64,000 nt of DNA from an uncultured Eubacteriales bacterium (GTDB lineage Bacteria > Bacillota > Clostridia > Oscillospirales > Oscillospiraceae), in assembly GCA_900545515.1 (NCBI GenBank), contig UQZA01000002.1:31345-95344 (forward strand). The letters are read 5' to 3'. Both the position numbers and the translations under genes were made by a program. Shown here one piece after another: positions 19,052 to 28,470 of the stretch (position 1 is the first letter of the stretch; each line of letters begins with the position of its first letter). The notes beneath the pieces were generated by a model that saw nothing but the letters and a program-made list of their open reading frames with translations, was not told where the DNA came from and did not search any database.

Positions 19052-19318
19052 ATGATTCAGAAAGAAAAGAAAACCCAGGTCATTGCCGAGTATGCAACCC
19101 ATGAGGGTGACACCGGTTCTCCCGAGGTCCAGGTTGCCATTCTCACCGCCCGCATCAACGAGCTCACCGAGCACCTGCGGGTTCACAAGCATGACAACCA
19201 CAGCCGCCGGGGCCTCCTCATGATGGTCGGTAAGCGCCGGAATCTCCTGGACTACCTGGCCAAGAAGGACATCAACCGCTACCGCGCGGTGATTGCCAAG
19301 CTGGGCATCCGGAAATAA
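19052..19318 (+). CDS. rpsO: 30S ribosomal protein S15
   Basis: [42 protein letters not shown]. Confidence 0.9.
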   Translation: MIQKEKKTQVIAEYATHEGDTGSPEVQVAILTARINELTEHLRVHKHDNHSRRGLLMMVGKRRNLLDYLAKKDINRYRAVIAKLGIRK

Positions 19319-19325
19319 TTTTGTC

Positions 19326-19356
19326 AAAAAAGGGCGGCTTTTGTCGCCCTTTTTTC
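19326..19356 (+). terminator. Rho-independent terminator after rpsO
   Basis: AAAAAAGGGCGGCTTTTGTCGCCCTTTTTT. Confidence 0.7.
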
Positions 19357-19480
19357 TAAACACATTCCCTCTGGGCGGGAGACATTTAGCAGTTGAAAGC
19401 GCCGCCGAAATTTTCGGCGTTGGTTTCAAGTGCTAAACCTCCCGGACAGAGCCAAATTTACTTTCAGGAGGTAACTTTCA

Positions 19481-21604
19481 TTGGTTACGCATAAGACTTT
19501 CCCCAACCATCGAGTATTTGAAACCCAAATCGGCAACCGCACCTTCACTGTGGAAACCGGTAAGGTAGCAGAGCTGGCCAACGCCGAGTGCATCTGCCGC
19601 TATGGGGATACTGTGGTGCTCACCACGGTTACCGCGTCCCCCGATCCCAAGCCCGGCATTGACTACTTCCCGCTCACCATTGAGTTTGAGGAGCGGCTGT
19701 ATTCTGTAGGCCGGATTCCCGGCTCCTTCAACCGCCGGGAGGGCAAGCCCTCCGAGCGGGGCATTTTGAACTCCCGCCTCATTGACCGGCCTATGCGCCC
19801 CCTGTTTGACGAGGAGCTGCGCAACGATGTGGTGGTGACCTGCACCGTTTTGGCCAATGATTACGACAATCCGGTGGAAATCGTGGCCTCTTTGGGTGCG
19901 TCCATTTCCATTGCCTCTTCCGACGTACCCTGGAACGGCCCTGTGGCCACCACCAATGTGGCATATGTGAACGGGGAATACGTGGTGAACCCCTCGGCAG
20001 AGGAGCGGGCAGCCGCCAGTTGTTTTGTGACCATTGCATCCACCTTTGAGAAGGTGGTTATGATCGAGACGGAAGCCAACGAATCTCCGGAGTCCATTGT
20101 GTTGGAGTGCATCCGCATTGCCCATGAAACCAATATGGAAATCGTCAAGTTCATCAACGGCATTGTGGCTGAAATCGGGAAACCCAAGTTCACCTTTGAG
20201 AAGGCCGCTGTGAACCACGACCTGCTGGACGAGCTGTGCGCCTACGGTATGGATCAAATCGAGTACGCGCTGGACACAGATGACAAGAACATCCGGGAGG
20301 AGCGGCTGACTGCCGCCCGCCGGGACTTTGCCGAGAAATTTGCAGAGAAGTATGAGGACTTCGACCTTCACATTGAGGTTTGCCTGTATAAAATGCAGAA
20401 AAAGGTAGTCAAGAAGTGGCTCCTGGCAGGCAAACGGGTGGATGGACGTGGTATGGACGAAATCCGGCCTCTGGCTGCCGAGGTGGGCGTTCTGCCGCGG
20501 GTTCATGGCTCCGGCCTCTTCACCCGGGGTCAGACCCAGGTGTTGTCCATCTGCACCCTCAATACCCTATCTGCCGCCCAGAAGCTGGATACAATCTATC
20601 CGGAAGAAACCAAGCGGTATATTCACCACTATAACTTCCCCGCTTTCTCTACTGGCGAGGCAAAGGCGGCCCGCTCCACCTCCCGCCGGGAGATTGGCCA
20701 TGGCGCACTGGCGGAGAAGGCGCTGCTGCCTGTGATCCCCTCTGTGGAGGAGTTCCCCTACGCCATCCGTGTGGTTTCCGAGGTTTTGTCCTCCAATGGC
20801 TCCACCTCCCAGGGCTCTATCTGTGGCTCTACCCTGGCTCTGATGGACGCGGGTGTGCCCATTAAGCGGCCTGTGGCTGGCATCTCCTGCGGCCTCATCT
20901 CCGACCAGGAGACTGGGGAGTGGAGAACCTTCACCGATATTCAGGGGGTGGAGGACTTCCACGGCGAGATGGACTTCAAGGTTGCCGGTACCACCGAGGG
21001 CATTACCGCCATTCAGATGGATCTGAAGAACAAGGGCCTTACCATGGAGATCATTGCCGACGCTTTGGAGCGGACCCGGAAGGCTCGGCTGGAAATCCTC
21101 AGCGAGATTATGCTCCCCTGCATCGCCGAGCCCCGGGCTGAGGTTTCGGAGTACGCGCCCAAGATGATTTCCATGAAGATTCCTGTGGATAAAATCCGGG
21201 AGGTCATTGGCTCCGGCGGTAAGACCATCCAGAAGATTTGCACCGACACCGGCGCCAAGATTGACATTGACGATGACGGCTCCGTCTTTATTTCCGCAGT
21301 GGATTCCGCCGCTGCCTATGCCGCCAAGAAGATGGTGGATGATATTTGCTTTGTCCCGGAGGTAGGCAAGCTCTACTATGGCAAGGTGGTCCGCATCCTG
21401 CCCATTGGCGCGTTTGTGGAAATTGCACCCGGCCATGACGGCATGGTCCACATTTCCAAGCTTGAAAATTACCGGGTGGACAAGGTGGAAGATGTCCTCA
21501 AGCTGGGCGACATGACTTGGGTCAAATTCATGGGCTTTGACGAAAAGGGCCGGGCCAACTTCAGCCGCAAGGACGCGTTGAAGGAGCTGGCACAGAACAA
21601 ATAA
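19481..21604 (+). CDS. pnp: Polyribonucleotide nucleotidyltransferase (PNPase)
   Basis: 707 aa with two RNase PH domains, KH and S1 domains. TTG start follows AGGAGG. Its leader contains the palindrome CGCCGAAATTTTCGGCG. Confidence 0.95.
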   Translation: MVTHKTFPNHRVFETQIGNRTFTVETGKVAELANAECICRYGDTVVLTTVTASPDPKPGIDYFPLTIEFEERLYSVGRIPGSFNRREGKPSERGILNSRLIDRPMRPLFDEELRNDVVVTCTVLANDYDNPVEIVASLGASISIASSDVPWNGPVATTNVAYVNGEYVVNPSAEERAAASCFVTIASTFEKVVMIETEANESPESIVLECIRIAHETNMEIVKFINGIVAEIGKPKFTFEKAAVNHDLLDELCAYGMDQIEYALDTDDKNIREERLTAARRDFAEKFAEKYEDFDLHIEVCLYKMQKKVVKKWLLAGKRVDGRGMDEIRPLAAEVGVLPRVHGSGLFTRGQTQVLSICTLNTLSAAQKLDTIYPEETKRYIHHYNFPAFSTGEAKAARSTSRREIGHGALAEKALLPVIPSVEEFPYAIRVVSEVLSSNGSTSQGSICGSTLALMDAGVPIKRPVAGISCGLISDQETGEWRTFTDIQGVEDFHGEMDFKVAGTTEGITAIQMDLKNKGLTMEIIADALERTRKARLEILSEIMLPCIAEPRAEVSEYAPKMISMKIPVDKIREVIGSGGKTIQKICTDTGAKIDIDDDGSVFISAVDSAAAYAAKKMVDDICFVPEVGKLYYGKVVRILPIGAFVEIAPGHDGMVHISKLENYRVDKVEDVLKLGDMTWVKFMGFDEKGRANFSRKDALKELAQNK

Positions 21605-22229
21605 GCTTTGATCTACTTTCTAACTTCCTCTTCCCCGGCAGGCTGCAAAGACCGGCGCACCAGCACGGTGCACATGTCCATGCGGCTTGCCGGGGAATGC
21701 TTTTACCCAAGGGAACATGGCGTTGGTTGCGTGGAGCCCACGTAGGGTGCGGTCTCCTGGACGCACCGCAGAAGGACCGGGGTGGTCACTGCAAGCTTGT
21801 GTGAACTCGCGGCGACCTGCGGGGAAGATTGGGATTCGCCAAAGCGCTACAGACGGGGAGCATCGTACCGCTGGTGCTCCAGGAGGCCGATCCTACGCAC
21901 TGGGGGACAGCCGGGAACCACGGTATCACCTCGTAGGGGTGCACATGGTCGATGTTGCAGGCTTAAGGCTGATAGAATGCCTTGATTCTGCACTGGCGCG
22001 GGAGCGCCCCTGGCTTCCCCCCGGGGGGAAAGCTGACAGCCAAAGGCTGACTGATGAGAAACGGCGAAATTTAGCAAAACGGAACGCTGAAACAATCGTC
22101 CGCCAAATGCATATCAATCGCAATAGATTGCCGATCCCCACGAGTCAGCTTTGCTGTACCATCTGGAATTGTGGAGTCGTTTGCCATCGGCAGTGCCTCC
22201 GGCCCCTTTGCGGCAGTGAAAGCCAAGGG

Positions 22230-22260
22230 CAAAAAAATCCCCGAGGCGATTGCCCCGGGG
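22230..22260 (-). terminator. Rho-independent terminator for the M23 peptidase gene
   Basis: Minus-strand read: CCCCGGGGCAAUCGCCUCGGGG (9-bp stem with one G-U pair) followed by AUUUUUUUG. Confidence 0.65.
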
Positions 22261-22356
22261 AAAGGCGCGTTCCGCTGTTCCGCGGACGGTGCGCCGGGGC
22301 GATAGACGCCCCTTCAAGAGGAAGAAAATGAAAAAGATGGAATGAGCAGATTGGAA

Positions 22357-23082
22357 TTATCCTACGAACTCCGCCGGGTCCAGGCCCTTGTCGTTGCAGG
22401 TGACGGAGAAGTGGACATGGGGTTCCAGGGCTTTTTCGGTCAATGCCGTTTTGCCCACGGTTCCGATGGTGTCGCCACAGGAGACGGTGTCTCCAGCTGC
22501 GACGGCTGTTTCTTCGGACAGGCTGGAATAGGTGGTGACATAGCCGCCGGAGTGCCGGATTACCACAGTGGTTCCCAAGAGGTCATCGCTGTACACGGTG
22601 TAAACGGTACCGTCTGCGGCGGCTTTGACCTCTGTCCCAGCAGTTGCCGTCAGGTCCACGCCGTTGTGCACCCGCCAGTCCCGTGTGGTTTCATTGTAGG
22701 CCAACCGGTCCATGGCGTAGGCTGCTGCGGTCTCCCCTTCCACCGGCCACATGGTCTTGGCTGGCTTGGTGCCGGTGGATTCCGTGGTGGTGGGGGCTGT
22801 GGTTTCGCCGGATTCTGTAGGTTGCTTTCCCGGGGTGGTTCCGATGGCGGGCACCAGCTCGTCCCCCGCTCCGTCAGGCCCAGCGGGCTTGGTGGTTTTG
22901 GGAGCGGTATCTGACGGCGTGGTCACATTGGCCGCCAGACTGTCTGGTGTCTTGCTCTGGGTGGATTGGTAGTACACATAGCCGGAGATCCCAATGGCTG
23001 CCGCACACAGGATCAGGGCTATGTAGTAGCCCTTTCCCTTGAGGCTTTGCCAAAAGCCCCGGTTTTGCTTGTCGTTGTTCAT
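22357..23082 (-). CDS. M23-family peptidase (LytM/lysostaphin-like) with N-terminal TM and Thr/Pro-rich linker
   Basis: HNGVDL and GYVTTYSSL...HVHFSV are the M23 motifs. Confidence 0.85.
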   Translation of the reverse strand: MNNDKQNRGFWQSLKGKGYYIALILCAAAIGISGYVYYQSTQSKTPDSLAANVTTPSDTAPKTTKPAGPDGAGDELVPAIGTTPGKQPTESGETTAPTTTESTGTKPAKTMWPVEGETAAAYAMDRLAYNETTRDWRVHNGVDLTATAGTEVKAAADGTVYTVYSDDLLGTTVVIRHSGGYVTTYSSLSEETAVAAGDTVSCGDTIGTVGKTALTEKALEPHVHFSVTCNDKGLDPAEFVG

Positions 23083-23219
23083 TTCAAGCACCTCCGAAGA
23101 CCAGTATGCCCGATTTTACGGAAGCTAAACCCAGAGTGCGAAAAATTTTCCATCTTGCAGGGCGGCGACTTTTGCAGTAAGATATATATTGAGATTTTTT
23201 AAGTTAAGGGGAGGAAACC

Positions 23220-23984
23220 ATGCTATTTGATACCCATGCCCATCTGGATGACCGCCGGTTTGACCTGGACCGGGAGGAGCTCTTGTCCCGGCTCCCGGAG
23301 CAGGGAATTGGGCTTCTCATGAACCCCGGCTGTGATCTGCCCTCCTCCCAGGCTGCCAGCGCCCTGGCCCGGCGCGTTGACTGGATTTATGCCGCTGTAG
23401 GCTCCCATCCCGATGCGGCGGACCAAATCGGGGATGAGGTTTTGCAGGAATACCGGAATTTGGCGCAGGGAAATTCCAAGGTCAAAGCCATTGGGGAGAT
23501 TGGCTTGGATTATCACTATGAGGATGTACCCCGGCAGCAGCAGATTCTCTGCTTCCGGGAGCAAATGGCTTTGGCCCGAGAGTTGGATCTGCCGGTGATC
23601 ATTCATGAGCGGGAGGCGCATGAGGATGCGCTGCAAGTCCTGGCAGATTTCCCCCAGGTTACGGGGGTGTTTCACTGCTATTCTGGCTCGGCAGAGATGG
23701 CGCGGCGATTGGTGTCTCAGGGCTGGTATATTGGATTTACCGGCGTCATCACATTTAAAAACGCCAGGAAGCTGGTGGAGACTGCCATGGCGATTCCTCT
23801 GGACCGGATGGTCATCGAAACCGACTGCCCCTATATGGCGCCAGAGCCCTTCCGGGGCCGCCGGAATGACCCGGGCTATGTTTACCGCATGTCTGAGAAG
23901 CTGGCAGAGCTGCGGGGAATTTCGCCGGAGGAAATGCAGAAAATTACCATGGAAAACGGAAAACGGCTGTACCGCTTGAACTAG
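23220..23984 (+). CDS. tatD: TatD-family metal-dependent hydrolase/DNase
   Basis: MLFDTHAHLDD, GEIGLDYHY and VIIHEREA. Confidence 0.9.
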   Translation: MLFDTHAHLDDRRFDLDREELLSRLPEQGIGLLMNPGCDLPSSQAASALARRVDWIYAAVGSHPDAADQIGDEVLQEYRNLAQGNSKVKAIGEIGLDYHYEDVPRQQQILCFREQMALARELDLPVIIHEREAHEDALQVLADFPQVTGVFHCYSGSAEMARRLVSQGWYIGFTGVITFKNARKLVETAMAIPLDRMVIETDCPYMAPEPFRGRRNDPGYVYRMSEKLAELRGISPEEMQKITMENGKRLYRLN

Positions 23985-23992
23985 GAGGCTCC

Positions 23993-25426
23993 ATGCTCAC
24001 TCAAAATCAGATTTATACCGCCCTCATCACAGACTACACTGCGCAAGGGCAAGGGGTGGCCCACATAGAGGGCTGTGCCGTTTTTGTACCCAACGCCATT
24101 GCCGGGGAGCTTTGCGACATTCAGATCACCAAGGCTGCTAAAACCTGGGCCGCTGGGCGAGTTTACAAGATCCTGGAGGTTTCCCCGCACCGGGTAAACC
24201 GGGCCTGCCCCCAGAGCAAGCTTTGCGGTGGCTGTGCCTTTCAGCACATGGACTACCAGGAGGAGTGCCGCCTGAAGGCGGAGCGGGTCCGCCAGGCCCT
24301 GAACCGCCTGGGCGGGGAGGCCCTGGAGGAAGTCCCGATTTTACCAGCTCCCGAGATTTTCCACTATCGAAATAAAGCCCAGTATCCGGTTGCACCGGGG
24401 AAGGGGCGGGCTGTGGCAGGCTTTTACCGGGCAGGGACACACCAGGTGGTAGCCTGCCCGCAATGCGGTATTTTGCCGCCGGAGATGGACGCCGTCCGGG
24501 ATGCAGTGGTGGATTACATGAATCAGTACCGGGTAAGCTCCTATGACGAAGGAAGCGGAAAGGGCCTGGTGCGGCATATTTACGTGCGTAAGGGCTGGGT
24601 TTCCGGCCAGCTGCTGGTGTGTCTGGTGGTGAACGGAGACAAGCTTCCCCGGCAGGAGGCTCTACTGGAGCGGCTGCAACAGATCCCGGGCTTTGCTACT
24701 CTGGTGCTGTCCGTCAATCGGAAGCCGGGGAATGGGATTTTGGGGGAGACCTTTTACACCCTGTACGGCCCGGGCTGGATTGAAGATACCTTGTGCGGCC
24801 TCACCTTCCGGCTGTCTCCCCGGTCCTTTTACCAGGTGAACCACGACCAGGCGGAGCGGCTGTATGAGCTGGCCATTGCCGGCGCAGAAATCCAGAAAAC
24901 CGACACCGTCCTGGATCTGTACTGCGGCGTGGGCACCATCACCCTGGCCATGGCGAAAGCCGCAGGCCGGGTCATCGGTGTGGAGGTGGAACCCCAGGCT
25001 GTAGCAGACGCCCGGGACAACGCCCAGCGCAACGGCGTCCAAAACGCTGAATTTTTCTGCGGCGACGCCGGCCAGGCTGCCCGATCCCTCCGGGAACAGG
25101 GCCTCACCCCGGACGTGGTGGTGGTAGACCCACCCAGGAAGGGCCTCAGCCCTGATGTCATCCGGGTCCTGGCCCAAATGTCCCCCCGGAAAATCGCCTA
25201 CATCTCCTGCGACCCGGCCACCCTGGCCAGAGACGTGGCGCTGCTGAAGGAACAGGGCTTCCGGCTTCTGGGAGCAAGAGCTGTGGATATGTTCCCAAGA
25301 TGTGCACATGTGGAGACCGTTGTTTTGCTTTCCAAGGGAGAGGTCGAGTCGAAAAAGGTTCGGGTGGAGTTCTCTTTGGAAGATATGGATATGTCGGATT
25401 TTCAGGACAGCGCAACCTACACATAG
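23993..25426 (+). CDS. rlmD: 23S rRNA (uracil-5-)-methyltransferase RlmD/RumA (TRAM + [4Fe-4S] + SAM MTase)
   Basis: TRAM domain, CPQSKLCGGCAFQH cluster, and DLYCGVGTITLAMA (SAM motif I). Confidence 0.9.
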   Translation: MLTQNQIYTALITDYTAQGQGVAHIEGCAVFVPNAIAGELCDIQITKAAKTWAAGRVYKILEVSPHRVNRACPQSKLCGGCAFQHMDYQEECRLKAERVRQALNRLGGEALEEVPILPAPEIFHYRNKAQYPVAPGKGRAVAGFYRAGTHQVVACPQCGILPPEMDAVRDAVVDYMNQYRVSSYDEGSGKGLVRHIYVRKGWVSGQLLVCLVVNGDKLPRQEALLERLQQIPGFATLVLSVNRKPGNGILGETFYTLYGPGWIEDTLCGLTFRLSPRSFYQVNHDQAERLYELAIAGAEIQKTDTVLDLYCGVGTITLAMAKAAGRVIGVEVEPQAVADARDNAQRNGVQNAEFFCGDAGQAARSLREQGLTPDVVVVDPPRKGLSPDVIRVLAQMSPRKIAYISCDPATLARDVALLKEQGFRLLGARAVDMFPRCAHVETVVLLSKGEVESKKVRVEFSLEDMDMSDFQDSATYT

Positions 25427-25497
25427 ATTAAAGACTACGTGTTGGAGCATGGGGGATTAAAAGTTTCTAACCTGTATATTTCGCATATAAAGCGGAA

Positions 25498-25833
25498 ATG
25501 CGGGATGAAAGAAAACACACACACATGGCTCTTGCTCTTTACAGAGACTATCCCGAGGTAATTAACGATGCAAGAACTATCTTGTACGACTACAAAAGAG
25601 ATTACACCTTTGGACCGGAAAAGCGCCATATTGCCGATTACCATATCGAGGGAGCATACGGTTTGCCCGCGTCTAAAGAGGCATACGACAGATATATCGA
25701 GGGCGGCCATGGGCATACAGTGTTTTTCTTTAATAGGAAAGCACCAATGTTAGGTTGGAAAGCCGAAGAACAGAGGCGATTCTTTCATCTGCGAGGAAAG
25801 CCTATATCAGAGAGAGCAGGAGAACAATCATGA
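25498..25833 (+). CDS. Hypothetical protein in the low-GC islet
   Basis: ORF with no recognisable domain, in AT-richer DNA. Confidence 0.3.
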   Translation: MRDERKHTHMALALYRDYPEVINDARTILYDYKRDYTFGPEKRHIADYHIEGAYGLPASKEAYDRYIEGGHGHTVFFFNRKAPMLGWKAEEQRRFFHLRGKPISERAGEQS

Positions 25834-26315
25834 AACTAATCGAGATGACTCAAGTAAGTGACGAGCTTGCAGAAATGGTTGCCTTGTTTCGGGTAGAACT
25901 GCATTCATATAAAGGGATTGTATCGAAACCAAACATTGAGGCAGGGCGTGAAGAAACGGAAGGATACCTTTCTGCCAACTTCCCGGTGTTTGCTGCCTTT
26001 GTGAATGACGAATACGCAGGCTACGTGGTTTGCCGTATTGATAGCGAGGTGGTGTGGGTGGAATCTATCTTTGTCAAAGAAGAATACCGCCGTCAAGGAG
26101 TAGCCACTGCTCTACACAGCAAAGCGGAGGAAATCGCCGCTTCTTATGGTAACGATACCGTTTACAACTATGTTCACCCCAACAACTACCGCATGATTGA
26201 ATTTCTGAAGAAGCGCGGTTATACGGTTCTGAATTTAATTGAGATCCGCAAGCCGTACAAGGACGAAAAGCTGACGCAAACGATTGTGGTCGGTGAACAT
26301 GAATTTGACTATTGA
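25830..26315 (+). CDS. GNAT-family N-acetyltransferase
   Basis: Motif A: EEYRRQGVATALHSKAEEIAASYG. Start MKLIEM after AGGAGA. Confidence 0.8.
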   Translation: MKLIEMTQVSDELAEMVALFRVELHSYKGIVSKPNIEAGREETEGYLSANFPVFAAFVNDEYAGYVVCRIDSEVVWVESIFVKEEYRRQGVATALHSKAEEIAASYGNDTVYNYVHPNNYRMIEFLKKRGYTVLNLIEIRKPYKDEKLTQTIVVGEHEFDY

Positions 26316-26495
26316 TTGGAGATTCATTTTGGTGAAATAGACACCGCAATTTCTGTTATGCGTGAGGTTGCAGCTTGGGGACGAGAGCGAGGATATCGTG
26401 TATGGCTCGATGAATGGCTAACAAAGGAAGAATTGATTACGCTCGATGCCCAACCAGAGAATTTTTATATTGGAATGGTTGATAGAGAAAATTGA
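26316..26495 (+). pseudogene. Remnant of a second acetyltransferase-like gene (no ATG, ~59 codons)
   Basis: The frame reads LEIHFGEIDTAISVMREVAAWGRERGYRVWLDEWLTKEELITLDAQPENFYIGMVDREN*. It starts directly at the GNAT stop codon. Confidence 0.3.
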
Positions 26496-26878
26496 TTGCA
26501 TGTTTATTCTGTAATGAGCTGATATACCGCTCCTTGGATATCGCAGACCGGGAAGCAGATAGTGCATGCTTTATAGGGCTGATGCTGGAAATCATTTGGG
26601 ACAGCCTGCAGGATGTAACGGTACTTGGTTGCTCCACCGACCAAGATGACGCACCAGTTGCCAAGCTTCTGGCTGTACTTGGGGATGAAACGCTTTCGGC
26701 AACAGAACTGATGGAACGACTAGCATTATCACATAAAGCAACATTCCGAAAAAATTATTTGAACCCGGCCCTGGAAAAGTATCAAATTGAGTGGACTATC
26801 CCAGAGAGACCCAACAGTAGGAACCAGAAATATCGAAAGCGGCATCAAAAGCAACGCAAAGGATATCCTGATTTTTAA
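26492..26878 (+). pseudogene. Truncated ORF retaining only the C-terminal winged-helix tail typical of Fic/DOC or HATPase_c_4 (RecG-like regulator) proteins
   Basis: LSATELMERLALSHKATFRKNYLNPALEKYQIEWTIPERPNSRNQKYRK matches the ...TIPDKPNSRNQKYRLT tail. The N-terminal catalytic portion is missing. Confidence 0.4.
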
Positions 26879-26979
26879 TGTGTAAATGTCCAGGACTCTC
26901 CGTACCCTGCCAGCAAGCATATCACGTCAACAGTATGCAAACAGCATCTTAAATATACAACATAGAAAGAGGTGTCACC

Positions 26980-27462
26980 TTGGAATTCTTTTTCGTATTT
27001 CAGAACAGAACCTTTGATAGAGAACAGCAAGGCGGCTATCTTTGGGCCCCAGACGGATGCCGCGCCCATTGGCAAAAGATGCGCAGCGTAACTTGTGGAG
27101 ATATCATATTTCATAGTTATCAGCGTAAAATCGTTGCCATAAGCATTGCAAAAACTGATTGCTACACTGCCCGGCGACCCACAGAATTAGCCATTGAACA
27201 ACTCTGGGATGATCAGGGTTTACGGGTGGACTGTGACTATTATTTGCTGCCCTCTACCTTGGATACCCATGGCATTATGTCAGACCTGCTGAAATTACAA
27301 CCTAAAAAATATGCGCCGTTTAACAAGTCTGGCAAAGGAAATAGGGGATACTTATTTGATTGCTCAGCTAGCATGGCCAGTTTCCTTCTAAATGCGCTAA
27401 TCCAATCTGACAGTAACCGCGAAGTAATACAACATTTTCAGAAAATTCTCCTAAACCTCTAA
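26980..27462 (+). CDS. PUA-like (EVE-type) domain protein, putative modified-base reader
   Basis: TTG start after GAGGTG. The pattern W..HW..M..V..GDIIFHSYQRKIVAISIAKTDCYTARRP matches the EVE signature W.GVRN..ARN.M..M..GD.V.FYHS...IVGI.EV.SE.YPDP. Confidence 0.45.
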   Translation: MEFFFVFQNRTFDREQQGGYLWAPDGCRAHWQKMRSVTCGDIIFHSYQRKIVAISIAKTDCYTARRPTELAIEQLWDDQGLRVDCDYYLLPSTLDTHGIMSDLLKLQPKKYAPFNKSGKGNRGYLFDCSASMASFLLNALIQSDSNREVIQHFQKILLNL

Positions 27463-27507
27463 TTGTGTCCACATCACCATCAATATCTTACAGAAAGGAT
27501 GTGTAGT

Positions 27508-28431
27508 ATGTCTAAAACCAGAGGGGAGCAGGGTGTCGTCCAAAATATTATTGCAAACTATCAGCAGACAGAGCGTTTCATCGTAGAACAGCTTTATATG
27601 GAGAACGAATTGCATGGCCCCACCACCGGATCTATGCGTGAAAACGTGTGGCGGGGATTATTCGAAATGATTGTACCAAAAAAGTTTGTTATTGAGCATT
27701 CTGTGTTTATTATTGACTCTAACGGAAGAATTTCTCGCGAGGTGGACTTGGCTATTATAGACGAAACGTACACGCCATACATTTTTCGCTATGGAAAGTT
27801 GAAGTTCATCCCAATCGAAGCCGTAGCCGCAGTAGTTGAGTGTAAAAGCAAGGTACTCAGAAAGCGCGAAGAGGTACAACTGAAAATGTGGTGCGAAGGA
27901 ATTAAATCCCTAAAAACGGCAAAGCAATCTATCGCAAGGCTGGCAACAGGCATTTCCACTGGCCCTGCATTGACGCAACAAGGTACACGCCCCATAAGAG
28001 TACTTTGCGCACTAAATCCCAAAATTAGCCCTGAAATACAAGATATGTTCGACTTTGTCCTTACCGCGAGCAAGCGGCCGGCACGCATTAATATCTCAGA
28101 AAATGAAGCAAACAACAGCCTTTTTTCTTGGTATAAGTCCTTGAGCTTCTATAATGAGCCAGAGGCATTGCAGGCACTTTTGGATGACGATAAGCAACAG
28201 GGGTTTCGAGACGCATCCGATATACTAAAGGGAATTTCAATACAATCCTACAAAGTGCATAATCAAGACGGGGAAAATATCTCTCTCCTCTCCTTCAACT
28301 TCCAATTCAATCAGCTCCTGATGCTCATTAACAACCCCATGCTGTTTCCCCACCAGGAGTATGTAAATATGTTTTGCCATTATGCAACTGGAGAAACAGC
28401 CAAAGCGGATTCCCCGATGAAAGGCGATTAA
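27508..28431 (+). CDS. PD-(D/E)xK (Mrr-cat-like) restriction-endonuclease-fold protein
   Basis: Start MSKTRGEQG after AAAGGA. Core is GLFEMIV...IDSNGRISREVDLAIIDE...IPIEAVAAVVECKS (D...E.K). It starts 45 nt after the upstream gene. Confidence 0.5.
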   Translation: MSKTRGEQGVVQNIIANYQQTERFIVEQLYMENELHGPTTGSMRENVWRGLFEMIVPKKFVIEHSVFIIDSNGRISREVDLAIIDETYTPYIFRYGKLKFIPIEAVAAVVECKSKVLRKREEVQLKMWCEGIKSLKTAKQSIARLATGISTGPALTQQGTRPIRVLCALNPKISPEIQDMFDFVLTASKRPARINISENEANNSLFSWYKSLSFYNEPEALQALLDDDKQQGFRDASDILKGISIQSYKVHNQDGENISLLSFNFQFNQLLMLINNPMLFPHQEYVNMFCHYATGETAKADSPMKGD

Positions 28432-28470
28432 CGCTGCTCTGAAAATTTAACAAATTGGTAGCAAAAAGAG

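Noticed and set aside
19478-21451. Long minus-strand ORFs (342 and 294 aa) inside pnp
   Set aside because: Antisense shadow ORFs of the PNPase gene.
21687-22331. 214-aa ORF in the pnp-M23 intergenic region
   Set aside because: Arg/Gly/Cys/Trp-rich, no RBS and no domain. Treated as non-coding; see the structured-RNA finding.
21605-22356. RNase P RNA, tmRNA or SRP RNA
   Set aside because: I looked for the P4/CR-I (GGAAAGUCCGGGC), CR-IV (ACAGAACCCGGCUUA), tmRNA tag-ORF plus T-arm (GGUUCGAUUCC) and SRP domain IV (GGAAGGAAGCAGC) signatures on both strands and found none.
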